Under the pieces are notes generated by a model. The model worked only from the letters and a program-made list of their open reading frames with translations. It ran no database searches and was not told where the DNA came from. A stretch of 64,000 nucleotides of DNA from Minisyncoccota bacterium (GTDB lineage Bacteria > Patescibacteriota > Minisyncoccia > Phycocordibacterales > UBA9973), in the NCBI GenBank assembly GCA_041657445.1, contig JBBABV010000002.1:3364-67363 (forward strand), in the 5' to 3' direction. The position numbers and the translations under genes are program-made. How positions within the stretch are numbered: the stretch's first letter is position 1; every line of letters starts with the position of its first letter. Of this stretch, positions 49,972-60,544 are shown one piece after another.

Positions 49972-50532
49972 TTAGAATTTCACTTCAACGGGCTTTTGAG
50001 CAATATCATCATCTGCTAGGTCAAAGAATTCTTTCTTTGCAAATTTAAAAATGTTTGCGATTATATTTGAAGGAAAACTCTCAATCTTCATATTCAAGTC
50101 TCTCACATTGGTATTATAAAACCTTCTTGCTGATTGAATCTTGTTCTCTGTATCAGAAAGTTCCCTTTGTAATTCTAAAAAGTTTGTATTTGCCTTTAAG
50201 TCTGGATATGCTTCAGCTAGAGCAAAGATTGATTTTAATGCACCTGTTAGCATATTTTCTGCTTCAGCATGAGCTTCTGTAGGACCACTTGCCCCCATAG
50301 CAAGAGATCGTGCTTTTGTAACATTTTCAAATGCACTTGATTCGTGAGTAGCATAACCCTTCACTGTATTTACTAAGTTTGGAATCAAGTCATATCTTCT
50401 CTTAAGCTGAACTTCAATATCAGCCCAAGCTTCTTCAGACCTGACTCTTAAAGAAATGAATTTATTGTAAACATAAGCAACATAAACCACTATCAAACCT
50501 AAAACTATATAAATATATGTCATTGTATTCAT
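49972..50532 (-). CDS. lemA: LemA family protein
   Basis: QLKRRYDLIPNLV, EAYPDLKAN, ARRFYN. Confidence 0.95.
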   Translation of the reverse strand: MNTMTYIYIVLGLIVVYVAYVYNKFISLRVRSEEAWADIEVQLKRRYDLIPNLVNTVKGYATHESSAFENVTKARSLAMGASGPTEAHAEAENMLTGALKSIFALAEAYPDLKANTNFLELQRELSDTENKIQSARRFYNTNVRDLNMKIESFPSNIIANIFKFAKKEFFDLADDDIAQKPVEVKF

Positions 50533-50552
50533 GAGGATATTATAGCATATTT

Positions 50553-51458
50553 TTAGTTATATTTCTTCTGTTTCTCTTCCCAGAGGACTAGAAGTGGTGA
50601 AGCAAGGAAGATTGATGAGTATGTGCCGAAAAACATTCCAATTGTGAGCATTAATGCAAAATACTTCGTACTTTCTGGACCAAAGAAAAATAGTGAAAGT
50701 AGAACCAAAATAGTAGTAAGTGAGGTAAAGAGTGATCTAAGGTAAGATTGTTTTAAACTCTCTCCTACTACAGAAGAAAAACTTAGTTTGTGTTTGTCTT
50801 CATTCTTTCTCAAATTCTCTCTTATCCTATCAAATATAACTATAGTATCAGAGACAGAAAGTCCGACGATAGTAAGCCCTGCTACCACAAAAAGTGAATC
50901 TGCTTCTACTCCGAAGAATCTTGATATTAAAGAAAATACTCCTGCTGTGATTATGATATCGTGAAGAAGTGCCCCTATAGCAATGATTCCGTATTTCCAA
51001 GAAGATACTGGTTTAGAGACCTTCCTGAAAGCAAAAGCAATGAATAGCACAATAGCAAAAGAAGAAAGAATAATAGCAAATAATGCTTTCCTTGAAAGTT
51101 CCTTACCAACAGAAGGACCAATAGAATTAAAATTTGATTCTGTAAGTTTGTATTCACCTTTCATTCCAAGAGTTTCCAGTAGAAGAGTATGCTCTTCCTC
51201 ATTGACATCTCTTGATTTTACTATATACCCAAGCTCACCTGTAGGTTGAAGGAGAATTGAGCCCATTCCAAGATTCTGAAGTTCTGTATTAAGAGATACT
51301 TGTTCGGGTCTTTCATTTTCATATACTACTTCTGTAATTGCTCCCCCTTTAAAATCAATTCCAATCTTTAAACCAAATACAGAAAGAGATATGATAGACA
51401 GAATCACTAATGCTATTGATATACCTATAAATATTTTTTTGTGATTTATTACAAACAT
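50553..51458 (-). CDS. secF: Protein translocase subunit SecF
   Basis: GIDFKGG, IGPSVG, DTIVIFDRIRE. Confidence 0.95.
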   Translation of the reverse strand: MFVINHKKIFIGISIALVILSIISLSVFGLKIGIDFKGGAITEVVYENERPEQVSLNTELQNLGMGSILLQPTGELGYIVKSRDVNEEEHTLLLETLGMKGEYKLTESNFNSIGPSVGKELSRKALFAIILSSFAIVLFIAFAFRKVSKPVSSWKYGIIAIGALLHDIIITAGVFSLISRFFGVEADSLFVVAGLTIVGLSVSDTIVIFDRIRENLRKNEDKHKLSFSSVVGESLKQSYLRSLFTSLTTILVLLSLFFFGPESTKYFALMLTIGMFFGTYSSIFLASPLLVLWEEKQKKYN

Positions 51459-51467
51459 ATTTTTATA

Positions 51468-52841
51468 TTATTTCTTAATTTCCGAACTGAATAAAAATCT
51501 CGCTATCTTACCTTCTCCTAAGATACTCATTCCATAAAGGAAGAGACGAGAGATAACTACAGCAGAAAGCATTGATACCAACACTCCCATTCCTAAAGTA
51601 AGAGCAAATCCTTGAACTAAGGAAGTGCCAAACCAAAAGAGAATGATAGAGGTAATAATAGTAGAAATATTTGAATCACGGATAGATAGCCATGATCTAG
51701 AAAATCCATCTTTTAGAGATTCTATGATAGTCTTTCCCCCTTTCAATTCTTCTTTTAATCTTTCAAAGATAAGCACATTCCCATCCACCGCAATACCAAG
51801 AGAAATTATAAACCCAGCAATACCTGAAGCAGTAAGAGTAACAGGAATGAGTTTGTAAAGAGCAAGAATGATAGCCATATATACTCCTAGAGCTAATACT
51901 GCAACTACCCCAGGCAATCTATACCAAAGTATCATAAATACTCCTACTAGGATAAGTCCAACAATAGCCGATTTTACTCCTGCTGTAATAGCATTCTCTC
52001 CAAGAGTTGCACCTATGGTTTGCCTTCCCACTAATTTGATAGGAACAGGTAGTGCACCAGAATTTAATCTTCCGACAAGTTGTTTTGCTTCTTCTGGAGT
52101 AAATTCACCACTTATCTGTGCTTGTCCATCTAGAATAGGTTCATTAACTGTAGGAACAGAAATAGGTGCTCCGTCTAAAAATATTGCTACAAACTTACCT
52201 ACATTTTGAGTAGTAATCTCTGCAAAAAGTTCCTTTCCTATATCATCAAACTCTAAACCTACAAGGGGTCTTCTAGTCATCTGATCAAACTGAAGAGTAG
52301 CCTTCTTTAGATATCTACCTGTAAGTTCCGTAGAAGCAAATTGGGTATAAGGATCAACATCTAATACAAGTTGCCCATTTTCATCTACTGTCGCTTTTTG
52401 AGTAGAAATTTCATTCTCTATGTTCTCCACTTTAAATTCAAGAAGTGGTGTCTCACCTATCATCTCTGCTGCTTTTTCAACATCAGTCACTCCTGGAAGA
52501 TCTACTATTAGTTTCTCCCCACCCCCATCCACAAATCCTGCGCTTTGAACATGAACTATAGGCTCAGAAACACCAAAAAGATTCACTCTTCGCTCTATCA
52601 CATCACGAAGAGAATCCATTGATTCACCTATCTGTCCTTCTGGAACTTCACTAACATCTGCTTCATATACTAAATGGCTTCCACCAGAGAGATCCAATCC
52701 GAGGTGAAAAGGAAATTTCTTTAGAAACGAACTCTCGTTTTCATAATTTGGATTTACTCTTGGTTCAGACTTAAATACAAAAAAGGAGATTCCAACTCCT
52801 AATATCAATATCAACAAGGCAAACACTCTTTTTTTCCACAT
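51468..52841 (-). CDS. secD: Protein translocase subunit SecD
   Basis: LGLDLSGG, RVNLFGVSEP, GALP, AVDGNVLIFER. Confidence 0.95.
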   Translation of the reverse strand: MWKKRVFALLILILGVGISFFVFKSEPRVNPNYENESSFLKKFPFHLGLDLSGGSHLVYEADVSEVPEGQIGESMDSLRDVIERRVNLFGVSEPIVHVQSAGFVDGGGEKLIVDLPGVTDVEKAAEMIGETPLLEFKVENIENEISTQKATVDENGQLVLDVDPYTQFASTELTGRYLKKATLQFDQMTRRPLVGLEFDDIGKELFAEITTQNVGKFVAIFLDGAPISVPTVNEPILDGQAQISGEFTPEEAKQLVGRLNSGALPVPIKLVGRQTIGATLGENAITAGVKSAIVGLILVGVFMILWYRLPGVVAVLALGVYMAIILALYKLIPVTLTASGIAGFIISLGIAVDGNVLIFERLKEELKGGKTIIESLKDGFSRSWLSIRDSNISTIITSIILFWFGTSLVQGFALTLGMGVLVSMLSAVVISRLFLYGMSILGEGKIARFLFSSEIKK

Positions 52842-52927
52842 ATTGATAATATAATACTACTTTTCTTAAAATTTGCAAAACCCAGTCTTTCTATGTTTTT
52901 TGTAAGAAAATATGCTATAATCAATCC

Positions 52928-53653
52928 ATGGAAAACAACACAAAAACAAATTATACAATTTTTGCCCTGATTTTAGGGCTATCATTAGTAGCAAGTGCTA
53001 TTATCGGTTCTGCCACTTTTTATAAATTAAGATCAATGGATTATATATCTTCCACAGGTTCTGCAAAAAAAGCAGTAATATCTGATAAAGTAAAATGGTC
53101 TTCAAATATCTCTCGTTCTGTAAGAGAAAGCACTATTGAGGAAGGATACTCAAAAATGGAAACCGATTTAAAAGAAGTTAAAGCATTTTTAATTAAAAAT
53201 GGAATCAAAGAAGAATCAATAGAAGTATCTCCTGTATATATGAATGAAGTTTGGGAACAAAATCCTAGTTCAGAAAAAAAATACAATCTTTCTCAAAACA
53301 TAGAGATACAATCTGAAGAAGTAGAAAAAATTGGTGAAATGGCAAAGAATGTAAGTGAACTTGTTCAAAAAGGAATATTATTTTCAATCAATTCCCTTGA
53401 GTATTATTACTCCAAACTCCCAGAAGCAAGAGTAGAATTATTAGCGGAAGCCGTTGGAGATGCAAAAGCTCGTGCAGAACAACTCGCAAAAGCAGGAGGT
53501 AAAAAAATTGGAGCATTAAAATCTGCTTCTTCTGGTGTAGTACAAGTTATGTCTGAAAATTCTTTAGAAATTTCAGATTATGGAATGTATGATACTTCAA
53601 AAATCAATAAAGAAATAATGGTAACAGTTAAGGCAAGTTTTGAGATTAATTAA
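52928..53653 (+). CDS. SIMPL (DUF541) domain protein
   Basis: TGSA, A..DAKARA, GVVQV, DTS. Confidence 0.8.
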   Translation: MENNTKTNYTIFALILGLSLVASAIIGSATFYKLRSMDYISSTGSAKKAVISDKVKWSSNISRSVRESTIEEGYSKMETDLKEVKAFLIKNGIKEESIEVSPVYMNEVWEQNPSSEKKYNLSQNIEIQSEEVEKIGEMAKNVSELVQKGILFSINSLEYYYSKLPEARVELLAEAVGDAKARAEQLAKAGGKKIGALKSASSGVVQVMSENSLEISDYGMYDTSKINKEIMVTVKASFEIN

Positions 53654-53662
53654 ATCTTGTTT

Positions 53663-54181
53663 CTAATATCCAGAGCCAAGGGGGAAAGCACAATAATGTC
53701 CTCCGTCTGGGAATCCTTGATTAAACCAAGATGGATAATCTAGTTTATTCTTTTCTGTGCGAAATCTTATGGCAAAGGGTTGGCTAGTGGTAACAGAAGT
53801 ATTTCCACAGTTTGTGTTTGTATAATAAAAATAACAAAAACTTCCACTAGGTATTATTGCATTTATAGGATCAACAGGAATTTTGGAAATGAATCCATTA
53901 GAAACCAATGGAGAAAGCGCTTCCTCAAATGTTTCATTACAACTAGAAGGATCCTGAAAAACATATCCTGTAGTAGATGGATATGAATCATAAGTATCAT
54001 AATATAAATTTAATGCAATTCTTAATTGACGAATATCAGAAACTCTTTTTGTATCTCTTACTTTCATTCTTGCATTCCTTAATGAAACTAATACTATAGA
54101 AGAAAGGATTCCAATAATTGCAACTACTATCAGAAGCTCTATAAGAGTAAAACCTTTTTCACCATTTTTTATTTTTTTCAT
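53663..54181 (-). CDS. Type IV pilin / pseudopilin
   Basis: GFTLIELLIVVAIIGIL, RD.KR.SD, P.DP. Confidence 0.88.
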   Translation of the reverse strand: MKKIKNGEKGFTLIELLIVVAIIGILSSIVLVSLRNARMKVRDTKRVSDIRQLRIALNLYYDTYDSYPSTTGYVFQDPSSCNETFEEALSPLVSNGFISKIPVDPINAIIPSGSFCYFYYTNTNCGNTSVTTSQPFAIRFRTEKNKLDYPSWFNQGFPDGGHYCAFPLGSGY

Positions 54182-54723
54182 AATCTCTTAAAGAAAAGAA
54201 AACAAAGATACGCTACCAAGAAACCAAGGACAAATCCACCTATGATATCAATATGAGAGTGCACTCCTGCCATTATACGGGCAATACCTATAAATAATGC
54301 AGAAATAATAAAAAAATAACCAAACTTTTTATTTAAAAATAAAACCACAAATCCAAGTGCCATAAAAAAGGCAGAATGACTAGAAGGAAAAGCATAACCT
54401 GTTTCAAGAAAAAGTGGAGTAATATCTTTAAAGATTTCAAATGGTCTCGGATTCTCAAAAATTTCTTTAATGAAAGAAGATAAAATCCATGCAAAACCAA
54501 CAGAAAAAGGAGCAAAAACAATCTTCTCCCAATCTTTTTTTATTAAAAAAACAATCTCACGAAGACTTCTAACAGAAAAAAACTTAAAGTAATAAAGTAA
54601 AAAAACACCAAAAATAAAAACTACAATATAAGGAAAAGTTTCTGCAAAAAATACTATTAAATAATCAATTTCTTTTGATATATTTGAAAAACCAAAAAAG
54701 TAATAAAAAATCTCTTTATTCAT
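54178..54723 (-). CDS. PAP2-family phosphatase (undecaprenyl-PP phosphatase-like)
   Basis: K....PRP, FPSSH, ARI.AGVH...D. Confidence 0.88.
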   Translation of the reverse strand: MNKEIFYYFFGFSNISKEIDYLIVFFAETFPYIVVFIFGVFLLYYFKFFSVRSLREIVFLIKKDWEKIVFAPFSVGFAWILSSFIKEIFENPRPFEIFKDITPLFLETGYAFPSSHSAFFMALGFVVLFLNKKFGYFFIISALFIGIARIMAGVHSHIDIIGGFVLGFLVAYLCFLFFKRL

Positions 54724-55589
54724 AATTTTCTTTTTGCAACCTTTAGCACATTATTTAATAACATAGCCACTGTTACTGGACCTACCCCGCCTGGAACTTT
54801 TGAAACATAACCTGCGATACCATTTACGGAATCAAAGTCAACATCTCCTACTATTTCTTTCTTTATGGAATAATCATTTTTTGAATCATTTGATTCTGAT
54901 GTTCCAGCGTCAATAACAACTACACCTTCTTTTATCATATCACCAGTAATAAACTTTCCTTTTCCTATGCCAGAAATAATTATATCAGCATTTTTTATTA
55001 TTTCATCTTTATTCTCTGTGTTACTTCTTACTGTTACTGGCTCAAGTCCTCTGAATTTGAGTAAAGTCGTTACAGGTCTTCCCACCAATTCTCCTTGCCC
55101 TATTACTACTATGTTTTTGCCTTTTAATTCCATATTTAAAGAATCAAGCATAGTCATACAAGCAAGAGCAGTAGGAAAACCTATCTCATTTTCATTTCTA
55201 TAGAATTTCTCGCTTGCTTTACTTCCTAAGCAATCCACATCAAGTTCCTCTGGCACAGAATCAAGTATTTTTCTTTTATCATCAAAAAATCTTAATGGAA
55301 GCGGTAATTGAACAATAATGCCACACATATTTAAAACATTACCAAGTTTTTGTATTTCTTCTGATAAAGATTGAGAAGTAACATCTTTATTAAATTCTGC
55401 TCTGTGAAATTTAATACCTACTTTTTCTGCTGTTTTTGCTTTCATTTCTACATATTGCCTTGAAACAGAGTCATCTCCAACTAAGACATCACAAAATACA
55501 GGTTGAAATGGCAATAGACTAATTTCATTTTTTATATCCTCTAAAATCTTTTTCCTTATCTCCCTACCGTCAATTATTTTTGTTTCCAT
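54720..55589 (-). CDS. folD: Methylenetetrahydrofolate dehydrogenase/cyclohydrolase
   Basis: IIDG, GIIVQLPLP, DVD, GDVD, VPGGVGP. Confidence 0.93.
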   Translation of the reverse strand: METKIIDGREIRKKILEDIKNEISLLPFQPVFCDVLVGDDSVSRQYVEMKAKTAEKVGIKFHRAEFNKDVTSQSLSEEIQKLGNVLNMCGIIVQLPLPLRFFDDKRKILDSVPEELDVDCLGSKASEKFYRNENEIGFPTALACMTMLDSLNMELKGKNIVVIGQGELVGRPVTTLLKFRGLEPVTVRSNTENKDEIIKNADIIISGIGKGKFITGDMIKEGVVVIDAGTSESNDSKNDYSIKKEIVGDVDFDSVNGIAGYVSKVPGGVGPVTVAMLLNNVLKVAKRKL

Positions 55590-55605
55590 TTTTAATTTAT
55601 TATTG

Positions 55606-56763
55606 TTATATACCCAAAAACTCATTCTTCATATCATCTTTATGTGCTGGTCTAGAATACTTTCTAAAACTCATCAAAATACCTAATGCCATAAATTCAG
55701 TTAAAAGATGAGATCCGCCATAACTCATAAAAGGAAGCGGAATACCCGTGACAGGCATAAGACCAAGATTCATTCCGATATTTACTAATATATGACTCAT
55801 TAAGAAAATAGCAATACCTATTCCGAATAAAATTTCAAAATTAGTAGCTCCAAGCAAAGCAGAAACTAATATTCTCCATATTACAAGACCATAAAGAATT
55901 AATAACAAAAAAGAACCAATAAATCCCCACTCTTCTGCAAAAGCAGCAAAAATAAAATCTGTTTGTGGCTCAGGTAAAAACTGCAATCTTGATTGAGTCC
56001 CAAAACCTAATCCTTTTCCTGTTAATTCTCCTGAACCAACTGCAATAGTGGATTGCAAAGCATTGTAACCTGAACCATGCATATCTGCTAGTGGATTGAT
56101 AAAACTTACAATTCTTGCTTTTTGATATGGGGCAAAAACAAAAGTCCAAAGAGAAAAGAAAATAATTGCTCCACCAGTAAAAACAAGAAGTAAATGAGTC
56201 TTTGAGATACCAGAAACAAGCACCATTCCAAGCCAGATAAGAGCAATAACCATAGCAGAACCAAAATCCGGCTGTAAAAGAATCAAGGTGAAAGGAATAA
56301 ATGCATAAAGTCCAGAAATAAAAATATGCTTTATGCTTTTTATCTCCACATGACGACGAGAAAAATACTTTGCAAGAATAAGTATCAATATGAGTTTCAT
56401 CAAATCCACCGGTTGAAAAGAAAATCCTGCAAAAGAAAACCAACTTTGAGCTCCTTTGACCGTGCTACCAAAAACAAAAAGTAATATAAGAAGTGTAGAT
56501 ATAAATAAAAAAAGACCAACAAGAACCCATGTTTTTTTTAAAAAACGAAAATCTATAAATGAAAAAGAAAAAAACACAATCAATGATAAAAATGCCCAAA
56601 TTATCTGTTTGTCAAAAAAATTACCCACATTTTCAGAAATAGAAAAAGACTTCATGGTAACAAGTCCAGCAATTACTATTGGAAGAATAAAGAAGACAAG
56701 CAACCAGTCCACTCTCTTAATTGTTTGAGAAAAACGAGATAAATTTAAATTTAAATATTCCAT
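55606..56763 (-). CDS. rodA: SEDS glycosyltransferase RodA
   Basis: GAQSW, QPDFG, TDFIF, PVTGIPLPFMSYGGS. Confidence 0.93.
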   Translation of the reverse strand: MEYLNLNLSRFSQTIKRVDWLLVFFILPIVIAGLVTMKSFSISENVGNFFDKQIIWAFLSLIVFFSFSFIDFRFLKKTWVLVGLFLFISTLLILLFVFGSTVKGAQSWFSFAGFSFQPVDLMKLILILILAKYFSRRHVEIKSIKHIFISGLYAFIPFTLILLQPDFGSAMVIALIWLGMVLVSGISKTHLLLVFTGGAIIFFSLWTFVFAPYQKARIVSFINPLADMHGSGYNALQSTIAVGSGELTGKGLGFGTQSRLQFLPEPQTDFIFAAFAEEWGFIGSFLLLILYGLVIWRILVSALLGATNFEILFGIGIAIFLMSHILVNIGMNLGLMPVTGIPLPFMSYGGSHLLTEFMALGILMSFRKYSRPAHKDDMKNEFLGI

Positions 56764-56802
56764 TTTTAAAAATTGTTTTAAAAACTTTTCTATCCTACAA
56801 TT

Positions 56803-57585
56803 CTATTTTAATTTTGTAAGAAAAATATCATATATAGGAATAATTTCACTTGCAACTACTTTTTCATTAAAAGGCGAAGGCCAAGTAAAACTTATTTCTT
56901 TTGATTCTCCTCTATCCAACTGCTCAAGATATGTCCGAGAAGAGGTTATAGCATTCCCATCTTTATCATATAAAATAACAACAATATCTACTTCAGGAAT
57001 TATAAAAAGAGAATTATTCTTTATAACTGCAGATAAATAAGGATCTGTATTTTCATTTTTAAGTTCTAAATCTGAAACAAAAACTTTTACTTCATTCAAT
57101 TTTTCTTCTGGAGCCTTAACCCAAAAAGGTGTTTCTGTAAATTCAAAAGAAACATATACAGGTATAGAATTACCAAAATCAATTGCAGGTTCAAAAACAG
57201 CAAATTTTCCTGAAGCAGGGATGGTAGTTTTTCCTTCTCTTTTTCCTATGTATATATTATTTTCATCAGCAAAACGAAATCTGTAACTTATATTTCTTAT
57301 TGCACTTGTTGGATTATGATTTTCAAGATATGCTACTGCATTATATCTCCCCTTTACTACCTTAAAAGCTCTTGCCCAAAGTATAGAAACCTGGTCCACT
57401 TCATACAAACATTGGTTACTGCACGATCCACCACAATCTACTCCTGTCTCATCTCCATTTTGCTTTCCATCACTACAAGTAGGGATATTATCAATATGCG
57501 GAGCTACAATAAAAAAAACTATTACTCCTAAGGTAACAATAAGCACAATGATAAAAATTATTTGCCTTTTGAGTGCCCAAGTCAT
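56803..57585 (-). CDS. Membrane-anchored hypothetical protein with Cys-rich repeat
   Basis: TM then CSDGKQNGDETGVDCGGSC, followed by beta-rich domains. Confidence 0.75.
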   Translation of the reverse strand: MTWALKRQIIFIIVLIVTLGVIVFFIVAPHIDNIPTCSDGKQNGDETGVDCGGSCSNQCLYEVDQVSILWARAFKVVKGRYNAVAYLENHNPTSAIRNISYRFRFADENNIYIGKREGKTTIPASGKFAVFEPAIDFGNSIPVYVSFEFTETPFWVKAPEEKLNEVKVFVSDLELKNENTDPYLSAVIKNNSLFIIPEVDIVVILYDKDGNAITSSRTYLEQLDRGESKEISFTWPSPFNEKVVASEIIPIYDIFLTKLK

Positions 57586-57779
57586 AAATGTATTGTAACA
57601 CAGTATGTATTTGCTTTCTAGGTGGCACAATAACTCACAAATATGCACCCTCGACAAATATTGAGGGTGCTTTTTATTTTTATTCATATCACCTATATTC
57701 TAATACAGGTGTTGCAATTGATTGTTGAACTAAGTATACAAAAATTTGACTTTTTTTTAAAAAGGTCTAGAATACAAAA

Positions 57780-57865
57780 AGACTTCACCGTCCCCCAATC
57801 AATTAAGCGCGCCCCCTCCCAAGGGGGCTTATACTCCAGAATCCTACCTTTTCTGGAGTTTTTTT
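57780..57865 (+). ncRNA. Candidate small RNA (~85 nt)
   Basis: TTGACT-16-TAGAAT promoter, GC-rich hairpin, terminator ACTCCAGAA/TTCTGGAGT + T-tract. Confidence 0.5.
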
Positions 57866-57877
57866 ATACCTAATAAC

Positions 57878-57910
57878 ACAAAAAACCCGAAAAATAATCG
57901 GGTTTTTTGT
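57878..57910 (-). terminator. rRNA operon terminator
   Basis: ACAAAAAACCCGA/TCGGGTTTTTTGT just downstream of 5S. Confidence 0.8.
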
Positions 57911-57924
57911 TATATTAAATGCTT

Positions 57925-58036
<112 letters not shown>

Positions 58037-58369
58037 AAAACATTCAATTTATTAATACAAATTTTTAATAAACATGTATAATATATGAATTTTTATGAAA
58101 ATATCTTAAATGTGTTTTTTATACATTATAAGTTTTGTGAATTATTATGATTTCCAAATTTCTTAACAGGAATCGAACAATTAGTACTTCTCAGCTCTAC
58201 ACATTACTGTGCTTACACTTAAAGCCTATCAACCTGATCATCTCTCAGGGTTCTAAACGATTCCTCATCTTGAAGATGGCTTCCCTCTTAGATGCTTTCA
58301 GAGGTTATCCATTCCCGACATAGCTACCGAGCAGTCCACTTGGCAGTAGAGCTCGTACACCAGAGGTCA

Positions 58370-58400
<31 letters not shown>

Positions 58401-58452
58401 ATCTTCTCAAGAATCAACGAGTGCAGTAGATAGGAGACCAACCTGTCTCACG

Positions 58453-58748
58453 CATGTTTTCACACATTACTGTATGCATTGGACTATACTTTCCCTATAA
58501 TACAGGGGTCGGTTTGTAGTCTCTACAAAGAACAAAAGTTCTTCTCGGTATTGTCCTCCACTTATAATGGATGGGATTTTACCGATAACCCCGACTTATT
58601 CTTTATTTTTAAATAAAGACCGCCGTGATTTGATTGGTTACTCTATCTTTTTAACAAACGAAAAAACTTCTTAATAACAGTATTTTATAATTTCTCTTAG
58701 GATTCAGATTGTGGAATAGTCGTTTATATTACTAAAAACAACTTCTCC
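58453..58748 (-). ncRNA. Group I intron at 23S position 2593 (E. coli numbering), no ORF
   Basis: Exons GACCGT|CGTGAGAC; IGS TCACGGCGGTC; full core; terminal G. Confidence 0.9.
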
Positions 58749-58757
58749 ACGGTCTGA

Positions 58758-59694
58758 CATTTAATCCATTATTACTAATGGTACTGACTATACCTTTTCC
58801 AAAACTTTCCTGCCTTGGAACTGACGTGTTAGCAAGCATGTCGCTCGCTCTGTCTATTTACTAGACAAGTCGATACGGGGATTATCAATCTTATAAGTCA
58901 TTGATGGGGCGATAAATGGAGAAACTATTGAGAGAAAAAGATTGTAATATTCTTTTCCAATTGCAATTTTCCATTGATTTCTATCTTTTACTATTGTCGC
59001 AGATATATTATATTTCTTTTTTAGAAAATCAACAATTATTTCTTGATCTTCATAAGAAAACGAATGTGTACTTAAAGTCACATTACTGTGATTATTTGAA
59101 CCATCATCCATATACCATATCGCTAACATTCTATCAGAAAAAATAGGAAGTACTTCTTTTGGAAATATTTTCACATTATCTTTATAAAAGATTTTATGTA
59201 TAATTCCAAATCCTTCCAAACTTCTCGTATGAAAGTACCATGATATTTCTTTAAGATTTCTTTTTCTATTTGTCCATGAAATTTTTCTTGGACTAGAAGA
59301 AACAAAACTCTTTAATATTTCATACTTCCACCAGACATAATCTTTTTGTTTTTCGCCATGATGCACACGAAATCGAGCTGTTAAAACACCCCTAATTCCA
59401 TTTGACCTGCACTCAAGCCGTGCATCTCCTAACAACGACCCTATAATCACATCTAGCTGATGTGATGGAAATGTTGATTGTAATCTTCCCACGATATTAT
59501 CCATTATGTGTATTTTATCACACACAACCGGACTTCACCGTTATGAGTCAGTTTATTTTTTATCTCTTTTTTATTTTGACAAGCGAGGAGCGAGTGAAAA
59601 TAATAATTTTCACTTCGTCCGAGCGAAGTCAAACTATGGATTTTAATAAATCCATGTCCTCGTAGAAAGTCATTAGCTGGGCTCATGAATCCTT
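58758..59694 (-). ncRNA. Group I intron at 23S position 2584 with homing endonuclease gene
   Basis: Exons CTGGGT|TCAGAC; P1 CTGGGT/GCCCAG; terminal G. Confidence 0.9.
58854..59504 (-). CDS. Intron-encoded two-motif LAGLIDADG endonuclease
   Basis: VIIGSLLGDA and LAIWYMDDG. Confidence 0.92.
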   Translation of the reverse strand: MDNIVGRLQSTFPSHQLDVIIGSLLGDARLECRSNGIRGVLTARFRVHHGEKQKDYVWWKYEILKSFVSSSPRKISWTNRKRNLKEISWYFHTRSLEGFGIIHKIFYKDNVKIFPKEVLPIFSDRMLAIWYMDDGSNNHSNVTLSTHSFSYEDQEIIVDFLKKKYNISATIVKDRNQWKIAIGKEYYNLFLSIVSPFIAPSMTYKIDNPRIDLSSK

Positions 59695-59774
59695 ACCCAG
59701 CTCGCGTACCTTTTTAATTGGCGAACAGCCAAACGCTTGGGAGCTTCTCCGCCCCCGCGCTAAGGTGAGCCGAC

Positions 59775-60301
59775 CACTTATTTACATGCAATGAAACCAT
59801 TGCAAAACCATTATTACTAATGGTGCAGACTATACCTTTATATTAGATTTGTTCTAAATATACCAGCGTCTTATAACAATGTTTATATTGTTATCTTCAT
59901 TTTATTCTGTAATTCTTACAGATACAAAAATCCAGTCGTTACGGGGTTATGAAAGTCCTATCTTATATCTCATAGATTTGATGATATAAGGACAAATTAG
60001 GTCAACAAGTTTTTGAGTCTCTTTTTTATTGCAATATATTCTATAACCTTTATCTCTATCTTTGTAAGACAACATAGATATGTTAAATTTATTCTTAACA
60101 ATAAAACAAAGTTTCTCAATCTCTTGTAGAGTAAAAGAATAAGCATTTTCTTATTCCAATATTTACTTTCTAAACTTCCCACGGTGTTGACCATATATAA
60201 CGCGAATTATATCATGGCTTTCTCCGTTATGAGCTGATTTAATACATAAATTTATGTATGAGAGAATTGTTCAGACTCTCTCTCCTCGACATTCGGTGTT
60301 T
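59775..60301 (-). ncRNA. Group I intron at 23S position 2504 with ORF remnant
   Basis: Exons CCTCGAT|GTCGGCTC; P1 CCTCGAT/GTCGAGG; terminal G. Confidence 0.9.
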
Positions 60302-60544
60302 ATCGAGGTGCCGAACTCCGCCGTCGATATGAACTCTTAGGCGGAACTAGCCTGTTATCCCTAGAGTAGCTTTTATCCGTTAATCTTCCACCACATCTAA
60401 TGTGTATGGTCGGTTCACTATGTTCTGGTTTCCCACCTGCTTGGGATGTACCCCTCACAGTCAAGCCAGCTTGTGCCATTACACTATCGGCACGGTTTCC
60501 ATTCGCGCCTAGCTGACCTTTAAACCCCTCCTTTACTTTTTAGG

